From the NCBI GenBank assembly GCA_963733195.1, contig CAVTCR010000003.1, positions 27,600 to 91,599 of the forward strand: a stretch of 64,000 nt of DNA. Direction: 5' to 3'. The position numbers were made by a program, and so were the translations under genes. Below are positions 1-12,679 of this stretch, piece by piece; position 1 is the first letter of the stretch, and every line of letters begins with the position of its first letter. Below the pieces are notes generated by a model that made no database searches, was not told where the DNA came from, and saw only the letters and a program-made list of their open reading frames with translations. This DNA comes from an uncultured delta proteobacterium. Its GTDB lineage: Bacteria; Desulfobacterota; Binatia; Bin18.

Positions 1-204
1 AAGGATGCCTCAATTCTGGGGATGAGTCTGATGAACACCTCTCCGCCTGATATGGAAAAGATCCATGCGGCGTTGATTGCCGGGCTAGAGAGTGGCGCAT
101 TACGTCCAGTCATCGGCAAGGAGATTCCGCTGGCGGAAGCGCCCCGCGCACATCATGAGGTGATCGAATCGACCGCATATGGCAAGATTGTGTTGATTCC
201 GTAA
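1..204 (+). CDS. NADPH:quinone oxidoreductase (zeta-crystallin/MDR family), 3' part; truncated by the window start
   Basis: C-terminus LRPVIGKEIPLAEAPRAH...GKIVLIP is typical of the QOR family. Confidence 0.8.
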   Translation, partial: KDASILGMSLMNTSPPDMEKIHAALIAGLESGALRPVIGKEIPLAEAPRAHHEVIESTAYGKIVLIP

Positions 205-295
205 TGGTTCACTGAGCAAGATGGTCAACGTAGGTTGGGTAAAAGCGGAAGCGTTGCAACAAAGGAATCAACCGACACAAGAGGAGGGGATACCA

Positions 296-1769
296 ATGAC
301 CGCAACTCACAGCTTCAAAATCGGCCGCTGTTCGTGCTCGGATCAATCATCCGGTCATCGACTCAGACGGTCACATGATCGAATTTGAACCCGGTTTCAT
401 TGACTATCTCAAGAGAGTTGGCGGTCAGACGATGGTCGACCGTTTCTATTCTGACGAGCGCAACACCGGCAGTTGGGGACGGCTGTCGCGCTGGTATCGT
501 CTCTCGCCTGAGGAACGTCGTGCACAACATCAGACGCGTGCACCATGGTGGGCCTTGCCAACCAAGAACACGCTTGACCGTGCCACGGCAGTCTTACCAA
601 AGCTGTTGTATGAACGCATGGATGATATCGGTCTCGACTTCACCATACTGTACCCAAGCCTCGGGTTATCATTTCCGCACTTTGAAGATGAAGAGCTGCG
701 TCGCGCCACCTGTCGGGCCTTCAACATGTTCTGTGCCGATTATTTTCGTGAGTATGCTGATCGTATGACACCTGCGGCTTGCATTCCCATGCACACGCCG
801 CAAGAGGCCATCGAAGAACTGGAGTTCAGCGTTGGTCAGTTAGGGTTCAAGGCCATGATGATGGCCGGTCATGTCCAACGCCCGATTCCTGAGGCGCTTC
901 GTAAAGATCCCGACGCCCTCTTCCATTACGCATTCTGGCTCGACAATTTCTGTATCGACAGTGCCTATGACTACGATCCAGTATGGGCTAAATGTGTCGA
1001 ACTCAAAGTGCCACCCACGTTTCACTCACCGGCAATGGGTTGGGGTGGCCGCACAACTTCTAACTACATGTACAATCACACCGGGCATTTCGCCGCTGCA
1101 GGCGAGGTCGTCTGTAAAGCCTTACTCTTTGGTGGTGTCACTCGCCGTTTTCCGACACTAAAGTTCGGTTTCTTGGAAAGTGGCGTCGGCTGGGCTTCCG
1201 ATCTCTACGCTGGTATCATCGCTCGCTGGAAGAAACGCAATCCACACGGCTTAGAGAATTACGACCCCGCTAATCTAAACAAAGAGTTATGGCTTGAGCT
1301 TCATCGTAAGTATGGCGGACATCTTGTCCAAGACAAACTTGCAGAACTCCCCAAAGGGGGATTGCTCGGCGGCACCAAAGAGGATGCAGCAACTCTAGAT
1401 GATTGGCATGCATGTCATGTGGAAAAAGCCGAAGACATTCGTGACCTCTTTGTCCCTAACTTCTACTTTGGCTGCGAGGCCGATGACCCGTTGAATGCTA
1501 CAGCATTCAACCGCAAGATGAATCCGTTCGGTGCACAGTTGGGCGCGATCTTTAGCTCCGACATCGGCCACTGGGATGTGCCGGACATGACCGAAGTTCT
1601 AGAGGAAGCTTACGAACTTGTAGAACATGAAGTGATCGACGAGAATAACTTTCGCGATTTTGTTTTTACTCATCCGGTTTCGCTGTGGGCAGGCATGAAT
1701 CCAGACTTCTTCAAGGGAACGGTGGTTGAACAGGCGGCAGCCAAGGCGCTCGCCAACGGCATGCACTAA
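296..1769 (+). CDS. Amidohydrolase_2 family metallohydrolase/decarboxylase; apparent frameshift near the 5' end
   Basis: RBS gaggag then ATG at 296; HPVIDSDGH metal motif reads in frame just upstream of the tracked ORF (375); FSSDIGHWD C-terminal motif. Confidence 0.85.
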
Positions 1770-1778
1770 GGAAATTCT

Positions 1779-3158
1779 ATGATTCTCACTGATTGCTACG
1801 GACTCCCCATCACTACAAGCTCACATGAAGCGCTCGACTGGTACAATCGTGGCATCCGTGGGCTCTTAGGGTTTCACAAAGATACCGCGGAATGTTTCGA
1901 GAGGGCGTTAGCGCTCGACCCAAACTTCAACATGGCGCGCAGTCATCTGGGCATGGCGTATTTTCTTGATGAAACCGCCGAACAAGTAGCAAAAGCCAAA
2001 GAGTGCTTTACCCAATCCTGCACGGCAATGGATCACCTCACTGACCGTGAACGTGACGTACTGGAAACTGTTCTCATGTGGGCACAGGGAAAAGCCCGCG
2101 AGGCACTTGAACGCATGCATACGACACTTACCGCTCGTCCAGGCGAAGTCACGCTGCTACAGAAGCTCTACTTCGCGTATTTCATGCAAGGGATGGCCGA
2201 CAAAATGCGTGACACCGTTGCCTCGGTTGTTTCTCATTATCCCAACGATTCTTATGTCCTTGGCATGTACGGTTTTAGCCTTGAGGAAACTCGCGATTTC
2301 GCTCGCGCGTTTGAGTTCAGCAACAAAGCTCGCGCGCTCAATCCGACTGATGCCTGGTCGTTACACGCCTTAGCGCATTGTCACTACGAGACCGGCGCGT
2401 TCGCCGGCGGCGTGCAATTGCTGAACGAAGCGTTGCCACAGTGCGACAATGTCGGTTTCTTTCGTACTCATCTCACCTGGCATCATGCCTTGTTTCTCTG
2501 GGAGCAAGGAAAGAATCAACAAGCGCTAGCGATCTATCACCAACTGTTTCCTGATAACAGTGTGATGCTGCCACCGAATTTCGCTGATGCCGTTACGCTC
2601 TTATGGCGTTTGAACCTTACTGGCGTCTCGACTCCCGCTGAATGGCAAGCGTTGACTCCTTCGCTCGATCAATTGCGGACATTACCCACCTATTTGTTCA
2701 ACCAGATGCATGTAGCGCTAGGGCTCACAGGCGCTCGTCGCACCGAATGGGCAACCGTGTATCTCGAGGGTCTTCGTTCACGGGTTCGCCCAGACCGACC
2801 TGGAGTGGTCGGCGAAGTCGCAGTGCCTGCGATCGAAGGGCTACTTGCCTACAGCAAGGAAGACTATCGTCGTGCGGTCGACTGCCTATGGCCGATCCGC
2901 GACCGCATTGTCGGCATTGGTGGCAGCCATGCGCAGCGAGAAGTCTTTGTCGATATACTTGCTGACGCCTGCTTACGTTCTAGCGCGTACAAAGAAGCCG
3001 TCGAGCTGTTGGAAGCAAAACGACAGAACCGCCCGGATCGTCCACTCGCACTGGCAGCGTTAGAGAAGGCGTATCAGGGAACAAATGAGACGGCAAAGCA
3101 ACCGATGCTCGTACATCTGCGCAACGGCTGTGGCAGACAATGGGAGCGGATGAAGTAG
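1779..3158 (+). CDS. Tetratricopeptide repeat protein, TTC38-like
   Basis: DAWSLHALAHCHYE, THLTWHHALF and IGGSHAQRE motifs of the TTC38 family. Confidence 0.8.
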   Translation: MILTDCYGLPITTSSHEALDWYNRGIRGLLGFHKDTAECFERALALDPNFNMARSHLGMAYFLDETAEQVAKAKECFTQSCTAMDHLTDRERDVLETVLMWAQGKAREALERMHTTLTARPGEVTLLQKLYFAYFMQGMADKMRDTVASVVSHYPNDSYVLGMYGFSLEETRDFARAFEFSNKARALNPTDAWSLHALAHCHYETGAFAGGVQLLNEALPQCDNVGFFRTHLTWHHALFLWEQGKNQQALAIYHQLFPDNSVMLPPNFADAVTLLWRLNLTGVSTPAEWQALTPSLDQLRTLPTYLFNQMHVALGLTGARRTEWATVYLEGLRSRVRPDRPGVVGEVAVPAIEGLLAYSKEDYRRAVDCLWPIRDRIVGIGGSHAQREVFVDILADACLRSSAYKEAVELLEAKRQNRPDRPLALAALEKAYQGTNETAKQPMLVHLRNGCGRQWERMK

Positions 3159-3341
3159 ATAAAAAAGTATAGGCTGTAGGGCCGTAAATCCGGCTTAAAG
3201 CGCATACATGGGATGACGTGAGAATCGTGTTCACGTGATGCGTACACTCGGCGACTCCTCCTTTGGACTTTCAACTTGGTACTTTGGACAGAGCTCTCTT
3301 GCCCTAAGCCTGGGAGCTCGAACGCTAGCCCCAGAGAAGCT

Positions 3342-4298
3342 TTACCCCACCGCAAAAATCTGCTCTGGTCCCTTTGGCACGATACCGTTGGGATTGAGCC
3401 GCGTAATGCTGTAGTAGGTGCGTTTGATGTGGTGAAAATCCACCGTCTCTTTAACTCCCGGAACATCATACAGTCGCTTGAGATAAGCTGACAGTTTGGG
3501 ATAGTCCCTCACACGCCGTAGGTTACATTTGAACAAGCCGTGATAGGCAATGTCGAAACGAATCAGTGTCATAAAGGCCCGCCAGTCGGTTTCGGTGATC
3601 CGCTCGCCAAGTAAATACGGTTGTCCTGCCAGCCTCTGTTCTAGTTCATCAAGACAGGCGAAGACCGCGGTGACCGCCTCTTCATACGCCTCCTGCGTTG
3701 TTGCGAAACCAGCCCGATAGACACCGTTGTTCAAGCCGTCGTAAATGCGTGCGTTCAAGGCGTCGATCTGCGTACGCAGCTCTGGCGGATAGAAGTCTAC
3801 CGAGGCATCACCAAAGGCATCAAACGCGCTGTTGAGCATGCGAATGATCTCGGATGATTCGTTGTTGACTATCGTGCCTTGGACTTTATCCCACAGCACC
3901 GGTACAGTCGCGCGACCGGTGTAGTGGGGGTCGGCGCGGGTATACAGTTCGTGTACGTAACGAATGTTATACAGCGGATCGGGAATCGACCCCGGATATT
4001 CACCAAAACTATAGCCCTGGTCGGTGACCGTGGGAATCGCGATCGACACCGAGATGACATCATCGAGTTTCTTCAATTTGCGAAACACCAGCGTGCGGCA
4101 CGCCCACGGACAATTGAGCGCGACATAGAGATGATAGCGGCCAGGTGCAGCCTGAAAGCCGCCGATACCCGTTGGTCCCGGCGCACCGTCGGGAGTCACC
4201 CAGTTACGAAATGTCGAGTTCTGCCGGACGAAACGGCCCTGACTGTCCATTGCTCTGCGGAGCTGCGAATCACCTTCCCATTTGCCATTGACGAGCAT
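3342..4298 (-). CDS. yqjG: Glutathionyl-hydroquinone reductase (omega/Xi-class GST)
   Basis: RYHLYVALNCPWA active site, TVPVLWD, NNESSEI, NNGVYRAGFA. Confidence 0.92.
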   Translation of the reverse strand: MLVNGKWEGDSQLRRAMDSQGRFVRQNSTFRNWVTPDGAPGPTGIGGFQAAPGRYHLYVALNCPWACRTLVFRKLKKLDDVISVSIAIPTVTDQGYSFGEYPGSIPDPLYNIRYVHELYTRADPHYTGRATVPVLWDKVQGTIVNNESSEIIRMLNSAFDAFGDASVDFYPPELRTQIDALNARIYDGLNNGVYRAGFATTQEAYEEAVTAVFACLDELEQRLAGQPYLLGERITETDWRAFMTLIRFDIAYHGLFKCNLRRVRDYPKLSAYLKRLYDVPGVKETVDFHHIKRTYYSITRLNPNGIVPKGPEQIFAVG

Positions 4299-4352
4299 AG
4301 CGCCCTCCTCTCTGTCGAATATGAAGACCTTTTAGTTGAGTACGGTTGGCTA

Positions 4353-5252
4353 TCACACAAAAAGCTTTTGTTGGGCTGCCTCGGAGATTGCCACCACTGC
4401 TGGATGTTTGAGCTTGCGTTCGACCGAGATCGCGTAAAATCGCTCGCGCACCTCTTCTAAGCGTCCAACCGTCTGCACCCCATACTGTCTTCGTACTTCC
4501 CCCTCAATGACAGACGGCGCAGGAAAGAGACCCGCACCACTTTGGCCGAAGACTTCCAGCAGTGCACTGTCCTCAACTTCACCAACAACAAACGGACGTA
4601 TGCTTTTGGATTCACACCATTGGTCAAACGACCGTCGCAGGGAGGTAGTTTCCGTAGGCAGAAGCATCGGCGCTCCATCGAGAGATTGGGGAAACCGACG
4701 ACGATACTTTGCTGCTAACTTCGCTGGGCCAAAAATAGTCACATCACTCTCGCCTAACAAATGATTAAATGCACGCACCTTCACCATCGGTCCTATCGGA
4801 GCATCACTCAAAACCAGGTCTAGTCCATGAACTGCAAGCTCGGCTAACAACTGCTCAGGCTTACCTTCATGACAGACCATGCGGATTGGATCGGTCAACT
4901 GTAGCGCCGGTTGCAACAAGCGATAAGCAACAAGCTTGGGCAGCACATCCGCAATCCCGACAGTAAAACGTACGGGCCGCCCCACAGAGCGCCCTTTTAG
5001 CGTATCTGTCAATTCCCGCCCTAAGGAGAAAATCTCATCAGCATAGCGGAACACGACCCGGCCCATCTCCGTGAGCGTGATATTGCGACCAGTCCGCGCG
5101 AACAGTTTCTCTCCTAAAGATTCTTCGAGCGCGCGAAGCTGTGCGCTAATCGTCGGCTGGGCAAGATACAACTCTTCCGTTGCCCGCGAAATACTGCCAT
5201 GCCGCGCCACCGTCCAAAAATATAACAGATGATGATAGTTCAGCCATTCCAT
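4353..5252 (-). CDS. nhaR: LysR-family transcriptional activator, NhaR-like
   Basis: MEWLNYHHLLYFW N-terminus, LAQPTISAQL HTH, FYAISVERKLKHPAV C-terminus. Confidence 0.9.
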   Translation of the reverse strand: MEWLNYHHLLYFWTVARHGSISRATEELYLAQPTISAQLRALEESLGEKLFARTGRNITLTEMGRVVFRYADEIFSLGRELTDTLKGRSVGRPVRFTVGIADVLPKLVAYRLLQPALQLTDPIRMVCHEGKPEQLLAELAVHGLDLVLSDAPIGPMVKVRAFNHLLGESDVTIFGPAKLAAKYRRRFPQSLDGAPMLLPTETTSLRRSFDQWCESKSIRPFVVGEVEDSALLEVFGQSGAGLFPAPSVIEGEVRRQYGVQTVGRLEEVRERFYAISVERKLKHPAVVAISEAAQQKLFV

Positions 5253-5261
5253 ATAATCCTA

Positions 5262-5310
5262 GTATCGATTTTTTCTATAGATCAGCTCAAATTTATCTAT
5301 TTGCCTAGAA
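5262..5310. promoter_or_regulatory. Putative LysR/NhaR binding region in the divergent promoter
   Basis: AT-rich imperfect tandem motifs atcgattttttctata / atctatttgcctaga immediately upstream of nhaR, between divergent genes. Confidence 0.4.
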
Positions 5311-5432
5311 GTCAATACAACCTTATACATGATTCAACAACAAGCAAGAAGACGCAGGTTCGGCATTAGCCAGGTAAAGCGACTTGAATAGCGTACACGC
5401 CCGACACACGACAGGAAGGGAACTCTCTCATA

Positions 5433-6391
5433 ATGGAAACGATTGGTACTCCAGGCCTCTGGATTGGTTTTACCGCATTTGTGCTGGCGTTGCTTGCGCT
5501 CGATCTCGGTGTTTTTCATCGAAAAGCACAGGCAGTAACCACGCGTGAGGCGCTCACCTGGAGTGTTGTCTGGATCAGTCTGGCGCTCCTCTTTAACGGA
5601 GGTATTGCCTACTGGTTTGGTGCGAGAATACGGCATGGAGTTTCTCGCTGGGTTTCTCATTGAAAAAGCCCTGGCTGTGGATAACATTTTTGTCTTCGCC
5701 GTCGTGTTCTCGACTTTTGCAGTTCCACCCGCGCTCCAGCATCGAGTGTTGTTCTGGGGAATCCTTAGGCGCCTTAGTCATGCGGGCTATCTTCATCGCC
5801 ATTGGGGCGGCTCTGTTGCAACAGTTTCATTGGGTCATATACATATTTGGCGGGTTTCTGGTGCTGACAGGAATCAAGCTCCTCGTGCAAGGAGAAGCTG
5901 AGATGCACCCAGAACGAAATCCGTTGGTTCGTTTGTTCACGCGCTGGATGCCTTCAGTCTCAACTTACCATGGCTCCCGATTCTTCATTACGAAAGAAGG
6001 GCGGCGCTATGCCACACCGTTATTGTTGGTCTTAATCGTCATTGAGGTCACTGATCTTATTTTCGCGGTCGACTCGATCCCGGCAATTTTTGCGGTGACT
6101 AGTGATCCGTTCATTGTGTACACATCAAACATTTTTGCCATCTTGGGTCTCCGCTCCCTCTACTTTCTCTTGGCGGGGGTTATGGGCCAGTTCCACTATC
6201 TGAAGGTCGGCCTTGCTCTGGTGCTGGTATTTGTTGGGATAAAGATGTTGGTGGTCGACGTATACAAGATTCCTATTACATTTTCTCTCGGAGTGATTAC
6301 GACCTTGATCGGCGGAGCAATCTTTGCCTCTTGGCTACGTCCTCGCCCACAGCCTGAGGAAAAGCCCGCGATAGTCACCCAAGCTGCATAA
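5433..6391 (+). CDS. TerC/Alx family membrane protein (two apparent frameshifts)
   Basis: Three overlapping ORFs join into one TerC: [10 protein letters not shown] / [12 protein letters not shown]...QHRVLFWGI / [34 protein letters not shown]. Confidence 0.85.
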
Positions 6392-6490
6392 TAGACAGTC
6401 AATCATCTTTGCTCAGAGGCGGAGGGCAATCAGACAACTTTGGTGAGATCATCCTCCGTCGCCTCGATAACGCACGAAAGGAGAAGGCTT

Positions 6491-6772
6491 ATGTTGTGTC
6501 CACACTGTACTACGACAATGCGCGAGGTCACGAAGTCAGGTGTCCTCATTGATGTCTGTCCCGACTGTAAGGGAACGTGGCTTGATCGCGGTGAACTCGA
6601 AAAGGTTCTCAACCGGGCCCGTGAGGTGGAGCAGGAGTGGGAAGATGAGCGCTCTCACTATGCCCGGCCTTCACGAGACTACGATGACGATGATCGACAT
6701 GAGCGTCGCTACGATCGCGACAGGCCACACAGAAAGAAACGCTGGACGGAGATTTTCGACATTTTTGATTAG
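6491..6772 (+). CDS. zf-TFIIB-type zinc-ribbon protein
   Basis: CPHC...IDVCPDCKGTWLDRGELEK, with acidic/basic tail ending EIFDIFD. Confidence 0.85.
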   Translation: MLCPHCTTTMREVTKSGVLIDVCPDCKGTWLDRGELEKVLNRAREVEQEWEDERSHYARPSRDYDDDDRHERRYDRDRPHRKKRWTEIFDIFD

Positions 6773-6901
6773 AGGAAGGAAATCGACAGGGAGGACGAAG
6801 CTTTGCAGCAGGCGTAGCTTTTTTCGCTCACAATGCACTGGCCCATACGAACGAATTGTGCAATGAACAGAGACCGAAGACGGCACAGGAAAGGACCCCC
6901 T

Positions 6902-7873
6902 ATGAAAGCGATGCGTGCGGCGCAATTCGGTGGACCGGAGTTATTGCGCTATGAAGATGCACCAGAACCGCAACTCAAAGACGGCCATGTCCTCATCCAG
7001 GTCAAAGCTACAGGCATCAACCCGGCAGACTTGGTGAGGCTCTCTGGTCGCTACCCACAAGCCCTATGGCTGCCCTACACTCCTGGCACCGATGTCTCGG
7101 GTATCGTTGAAGCTGTTGGCAACGGAGTCTCCCATGTCAAAGTCGGCGACCGGGTCTTTGGTCGTTCACTGAACGGTGGAGGCTATGCAGAGAAGGCGTT
7201 GATACCTGCGAATGAAACGATTCCTCTACCCGCGAATCTGTCATTTGCCGAAGGAGCAGCGATCCCCGTGCCGTTCTACACTGCGTATGTCGCGCTGCAT
7301 TATAAAGCGGCACTCAAAGCCGGAGAAACCGTACTCGTTTCCGGTGGTGCTGGTGGCGTTGGTGTCGCCGCAATTCAACTAGCCAAGGTCGCCGGTGCAC
7401 GCGTCATCACCACAGTGGGTTCGCAAGAGAAAGCAGCCAGGACGCGCGAGCTTGGTGCCGATGTCACAATCAATTACAGAGAACAAGATTTCGTCGCCGA
7501 AGTACAAAAGGAGACGAACGGTATCGGCGTAAATGTCATCATCGAAAATGTCGCCACAGACAACCTTGCCAAAGATTTTCCTGCGCTGGCCCGCTCTGGG
7601 CGAATCGTACTGATCGGTACTGGCACCGGGAAATCACCGGATGCAACGTTCGCAGTGACAGCAGCTTTGATGAAAGACGCAGTCATTTATGGCATGGTGC
7701 TGGGCAATTCTGTCGAACGGATTCCCGAGATGGCAAACACGCTAACGAAACTTTTTTCACAAGGAAAGATCAAAGCGCTCGTGAGTCGAACTTATCCGCT
7801 GCCAGAAGCACGCCAGGCACTGGCGGATTTATTGGCAGCAAAGGTAGTTGGCAAGTTGGTACTGACACCGTAA
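6902..7873 (+). CDS. NADPH:quinone oxidoreductase (MDR family)
   Basis: [13 protein letters not shown] start, GINPAD, PGTDVSG, GGAGGVG nucleotide-binding motif. Confidence 0.88.
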   Translation: MKAMRAAQFGGPELLRYEDAPEPQLKDGHVLIQVKATGINPADLVRLSGRYPQALWLPYTPGTDVSGIVEAVGNGVSHVKVGDRVFGRSLNGGGYAEKALIPANETIPLPANLSFAEGAAIPVPFYTAYVALHYKAALKAGETVLVSGGAGGVGVAAIQLAKVAGARVITTVGSQEKAARTRELGADVTINYREQDFVAEVQKETNGIGVNVIIENVATDNLAKDFPALARSGRIVLIGTGTGKSPDATFAVTAALMKDAVIYGMVLGNSVERIPEMANTLTKLFSQGKIKALVSRTYPLPEARQALADLLAAKVVGKLVLTP

Positions 7874-7908
7874 GACTGGAGGGTGACTTCGGCAAAGGAG
7901 GTTTGTAT

Positions 7909-8391
7909 ATGGACTATAAAGTCAAAAAGTCAGACGAAGAATGGCGTGCGCAGCTTACACCCGCGCAGTACGCAGTAAGTCGACAAAAAGCCACCGAACG
8001 ACCATTTACTGGGGAGTATTATTTCAAAAACGAAGAGGGCACATATAAGTGTGTCTGTTGCGGTGCTGACCTGTTTACATCTGCAACCAAATTTGACGCC
8101 GGTTGTGGCTGGCCGAGCTTCTGGGAACCGCTCAAGGCAGAAAACATCCAGGAGGAAGTGGATGACAGCCACGGCATGAAGCGGGTTGAGGTCATGTGTA
8201 GTTCCTGTGGCGCCCACCTTGGCCATGTGTTTGAAGATGGCCCCGAGCCAACTGGGCTACGCTATTGCATCAATTCAGTGTCGTTAACGATGGAGAAAGA
8301 TGGAGAAATGATCGGATCGTGGACAAGGGGCGTCAGGCCCCTTGTCTTTTCGCTAAGGGCGAGATCTGCCCTGCTGAGCCGTACGCTTTAA
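7909..8391 (+). CDS. msrB: Peptide-methionine (R)-S-oxide reductase; 3' end uncertain (overlaps the RND gene)
   Basis: [30 protein letters not shown]. Confidence 0.93.
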   Translation: MDYKVKKSDEEWRAQLTPAQYAVSRQKATERPFTGEYYFKNEEGTYKCVCCGADLFTSATKFDAGCGWPSFWEPLKAENIQEEVDDSHGMKRVEVMCSSCGAHLGHVFEDGPEPTGLRYCINSVSLTMEKDGEMIGSWTRGVRPLVFSLRARSALLSRTL

Positions 8392-11300
8392 TCCCCAACC
8401 GGATCTTCTCCAACCCGTGACGAACCGGAACAGGCTGCCGTCGCCAACGTTCGGGCAACCTACGCATAAACGCTATCAGCCGTGCAACCCGCACTTCTAA
8501 GTCATCAAACAGTGAGTACGCAACCGGAGTCATCAAGAGTGTTAGTAACAAACACATACTCTGTCCACCGATGATGACCACAGCGATCCCACGATGACTT
8601 TCTGCCGCTGGTCCTTGTCCCAAAAGAACTGGGAACATGCCAGAAACCAAGGCAAGCGTCGTCATGAGAATCGGACGCAGACGTTCACGGTTGGCCGTAA
8701 GAATGGCCTCGTCTCGTGGCAATCCTTTCGCACGCAGATTGATGGTGTGATCAACTTGCAGAATCGCATTCTTTTTGACAATTCCAAACAGGAGAAGCAC
8801 CCCAAGAATACTAAAGATCGCAAGAAATTGGTCAGTCAGCCACAACGAGAGCAGTGCAAACGGAATCGCCAACGGCAGTGCAAGCATAATTGTAATGGGG
8901 TGAAGAAAACTCTCAAATTGTGCAGCCAGAACCATGTACATGCCAATGATCGAAATCAAGAATGCCAGCTTGAAACTGCCCATCATCTCAGCAAACATCT
9001 TGCCCATGCCGGTCACACCGGTGGTGTAGCCGGGCGCCAAGCCCATTTTTTTTACTTCAGCATCAATGTCCGCCAATGCATCTCCCAACCCATGTCCTTT
9101 CGCCAGATTCGCAGTCAATGTGATCTGTCGTTGTCGCTCTTGTCTATCGATCTGGACAGGGCCAGTTCCAGGGACCATATTCACTAGGTTATCCAAGCGC
9201 ACTTGCCCAACCGTATCTGAGGGAATAGTCACTGCCTGAATTACCTCGGCGCGGTTTCGCGCCTCAGGCGTCAGCCGTAAGCGCACATCGTACAGCTCAT
9301 CGCCTTCGCGGTAGGTAGTAATTTTATCTCCCGCCACCATTACGCGCAGAGTCGACGCAATATCAGCAGCTTCGATACCGAGGTCGGCAGCTTTACGACG
9401 GTCAATCTTCACTTGCAACTCTGGATTACCACCTTCGAAAGTCGAGTCGATGTCAACCAGGCCGGGTAATTTTCGTGCCCTCACTTTCAGCTCGTCAGCA
9501 TACTTTTGTAGCACCGTGAGTTCCGGACCACGAAGATTGTAGGAAACATCAACGTTCTGCACACCGCCACCACTCACAGGCAGAATATTGTCGACACTTA
9601 CTCGCAGTTGTTTGAAGGCGTTTACCTTCTCACGCGCCAAGGCCATCACTTGCTGTTGGCTAATAGTCCGATGTTCATATTCTTCAAGTTTGACGATAAT
9701 CGATGCCCGTGTCACAGTTTCCCCAACCGTACTACCGACCAACGACAATAGATGTGCCACTCCAGGGAGTGAACGAACCTCGTTCTCAATCTCGCGTGCG
9801 GCCGCATCCGTTTGAGTAAGTGCGTATCCAGGTGGGGCTTTAATGTTTATTTCAAATTCGCCGCGATCATCGTTTGCCATCATACTGGAACGAACATGTT
9901 TACCAATCCACGGCGTTGAGGCAATGATGCCAATCACCACACAAACAATCACCCAGCGATGACGGAGTGACCACCGCAACATCGCCATATAGACACGGTC
10001 GACGACTCCGTAGAATCGGGACTCACGCGAGGAGTGAGCATGCTCCGCCAGTTTTTTGGGTAAAAAGCGAGAACAGAGCATCGGGGTCAAAGTAAACGCC
10101 ACGAGCAGCGAGACCAAGATTGCGAAGGCCATAGTGAAGCCAAAGCTGCTGAGCCACATACCGATCGTGCCTTTGAGAAATCCGACCGGAATGAAAATCA
10201 CAATGAGAGAGAGTGTTGTCGCACTTACCGCCAAGCCGACCTCAGCTGTCGCTGCACGTGCTGCCTCGAACGCACTCATCCCCTTCTCTTCGACGTAGCG
10301 ATAGATGTTCTCCAGCACCACAATCGCATCATCGATAACGATACCAACCGCTAACGTAAGCCCGAGCAGCGTAATACGATTCAGTGAATATCCCGCTGCC
10401 GCCAGCAATGAGTAGGTCGCAATAATCGACACCGGAATAGACACAGCGGCAATCAACGTCGAGCGCAAGTTGCCGAGGAAACAGTAGACAATGATGCTCG
10501 CAAAGAGCGCACCCAACCAGAGATGCTTCTGGACTTCATTGACCGACTCACGGATGAAGTTCGATTGGTCACGCGTGATCAACACCTCTACGCCGGGAGG
10601 GAGGAGTTTTTGCACCTCGGTAAGACGTTCCCGCACAGCATCAACCGTGGCAACGGTGTTGGTGCCGGATTGCTTACGCAGGATCAGAGACACTGCATTT
10701 TTTCCATCGAAGCGTGCCACGGTACGCGGCTCCACGACTCCATCTTCTACGCGTCCGATGTCGGCGATGGTGATCGGCACTCCTTTGTTATTTGCAACCA
10801 CAATGTTTTCGAACTCACGCACTGAATCGATACGACCAAGCGTCCGCAGCACGGTTTCTCCGTCAGTCCGAGTGATACGCCCACCAGGGAACTCAACATT
10901 TTGTTTGTCCAGGGCAGTCGCAACGGTTTTGATAGAGAGCCCGTAGGCTTTCAGGCGTTCGGGATCAATCAGCACCTGAATCTCGCGTTTTTGCCCACCG
11001 ATAATCGAAATCGCGCCTACTCCGGAGATTGACTCCAGTGGTTCTTTCACCTTCTTCTCAGCGATCTCGGTCAACTCCTTGATACCCTGAAACCCCGAGA
11101 CCGTGAGCGTCAGCACAGGAGTGGCATCGACGTCGAACTTTTCAACCACTGGAGGGTCGGCATCTTCAGGAAGCTTCGCCAGAACGGTGCCGACCTTGTC
11201 ACGCACTTCCGCAGCCGCAACGGCGAGATTCTTCTCTAGCTTGAATTGGACAATAATCTGCGACAGTCCTTCACGAGTTACGGAGCGCAGCTCATCAATC

Positions 11301-11527
11301 CCACTTACCGTGTTGATCACTTCCTCGATCGGCTTGGTCACTTGTGCTTCCATCTCTTCAGGACCTGCGCCTGGAAGCGTAGTGGTGACGGTCACCACCG
11401 GCATGTCGACCTTCGGAAAGAGATCGAGTGTCAAACTCTTGTAGGAAAACCACCCGGCAACCACCAACGTACCAACCAACATGGTGGCAAACACTGGACG
11501 CCGCACACATACATCAGCGAGGATCAT
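8333..11527 (-). CDS. RND efflux transporter permease subunit (AcrB/MdtBC-like)
   Basis: 1064 aa; [38 protein letters not shown]. Confidence 0.93.
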   Translation of the reverse strand: MILADVCVRRPVFATMLVGTLVVAGWFSYKSLTLDLFPKVDMPVVTVTTTLPGAGPEEMEAQVTKPIEEVINTVSGIDELRSVTREGLSQIIVQFKLEKNLAVAAAEVRDKVGTVLAKLPEDADPPVVEKFDVDATPVLTLTVSGFQGIKELTEIAEKKVKEPLESISGVGAISIIGGQKREIQVLIDPERLKAYGLSIKTVATALDKQNVEFPGGRITRTDGETVLRTLGRIDSVREFENIVVANNKGVPITIADIGRVEDGVVEPRTVARFDGKNAVSLILRKQSGTNTVATVDAVRERLTEVQKLLPPGVEVLITRDQSNFIRESVNEVQKHLWLGALFASIIVYCFLGNLRSTLIAAVSIPVSIIATYSLLAAAGYSLNRITLLGLTLAVGIVIDDAIVVLENIYRYVEEKGMSAFEAARAATAEVGLAVSATTLSLIVIFIPVGFLKGTIGMWLSSFGFTMAFAILVSLLVAFTLTPMLCSRFLPKKLAEHAHSSRESRFYGVVDRVYMAMLRWSLRHRWVIVCVVIGIIASTPWIGKHVRSSMMANDDRGEFEINIKAPPGYALTQTDAAAREIENEVRSLPGVAHLLSLVGSTVGETVTRASIIVKLEEYEHRTISQQQVMALAREKVNAFKQLRVSVDNILPVSGGGVQNVDVSYNLRGPELTVLQKYADELKVRARKLPGLVDIDSTFEGGNPELQVKIDRRKAADLGIEAADIASTLRVMVAGDKITTYREGDELYDVRLRLTPEARNRAEVIQAVTIPSDTVGQVRLDNLVNMVPGTGPVQIDRQERQRQITLTANLAKGHGLGDALADIDAEVKKMGLAPGYTTGVTGMGKMFAEMMGSFKLAFLISIIGMYMVLAAQFESFLHPITIMLALPLAIPFALLSLWLTDQFLAIFSILGVLLLFGIVKKNAILQVDHTINLRAKGLPRDEAILTANRERLRPILMTTLALVSGMFPVLLGQGPAAESHRGIAVVIIGGQSMCLLLTLLMTPVAYSLFDDLEVRVARLIAFMRRLPERWRRQPVPVRHGLEKIRLGIKAYGSAGQISPLAKRQGA

Positions 11528-12679
11528 TTGGCCTCCGCGAGTTGAGGTTGGACGGTCATCCCGTCAGCTAAGCGATCGATCGCGGAGACTGCCACTTGTT
11601 CGGACTCCGCCAGCCCTTCGGCAATTTCAATGAAATTTCCTTCTTCGATGCCAGTTTTCACCTCACGAGAAGTGACCTTATTATCCTGAACGATAAAGAC
11701 CCGTTCGACACCGGCATAACGGTAGACCCCGGAGCGAGGGATAAAGAGCACCGTTTCTTCCCCCATCACGCCAGTGACGTGAGCAAAGTACCCTGGACGC
11801 AGCTTCCCACTGGGGTTGGGAATCTCTGCCTCGACCAACAAACTGCGGGTCGCATGATCCACTCCAGCCGCGATGCGGGTGAGCTTGCCGTTAAACTTTT
11901 CTCCAGGCAGCGCATCGACCTCGACCTGCATTGACAAACCAATACGAGCCAGACGCGCATATCGTTCAGGGATAGGCGTCCGCAGTTTGAGTGGATGCAC
12001 ATCAACTACTTCTAAGAGTTTCGTCCCAGCAGCCATGTACTCACCTGGATTGACGAAGCGCTGCTGGACAAAGCCATTCACTGGAGAGGTGATCCGCGTA
12101 TCCTTCAGCCGCTTTTGCGCTAGGGCGATTGCTTTCTCTGCCGAGCGAACGTTGGCTTCGGCAACTTTGAAGTCAGCCTCAGCGGCATCACGTCGTTGCG
12201 GAGGGATCAATTCCTCGGCTGCGAGTTGCTGCGCACGTTCGTAATCGCCTTTCGCGCGAATATGGTTTGCCTGTGCTTGTTTCAGCGCACTCTCCGCTGC
12301 GTCCACCTGTAATTCGAGTTCTTCCCGTTCGATCTGCACCAAAACCTGGCCGACTTTCACACGATCACCGAAGTCAACCACGATATTGCTCACATAGCCG
12401 GGCATCTTGGTCGCCAGCACCACACTCTCCTTAGCAAACAACGCACCTTGACCTTGCGCGGTTCGCTGGATCTTCTTCCACAGCGGTTTTGCCACTTGCA
12501 CTGTCAATCACTTGTGGTTCTGTTGGGAAGCTTGTTCAGATGCGGTTTCGCAGCCTCAACCTCTGAAGAAGAGCCCTTACAGCCAGTGAAGGCGAGCACA
12601 GACTCACAGGCTTAAAAGAACGACGGTCGATCGCAGGTGACCGCATTGAAAGGGAAAGACGATTCCGAAAACAGCTCAC
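11524..12679 (-). CDS. RND periplasmic adaptor (MFP) subunit; 5' region frameshifted
   Basis: GDRVKVGQVL, ITSPVNG, LRPG motifs; lipobox-like LAFTGC in another frame upstream; overlaps the RND start. Confidence 0.85.

Noticed and set aside
229-255. GTAG-type REP half-site (also REP-like fragments near 63730 and a palindrome at 63963-63982)
   Set aside because: Partial, single copies with no RAYT/TnpA gene in the window; too weak to call.
8280-8480. Genuine convergent overlap of msrB and the RND gene
   Set aside because: Both tails are non-conserved run-on sequence, probably produced by indels near the true stops.
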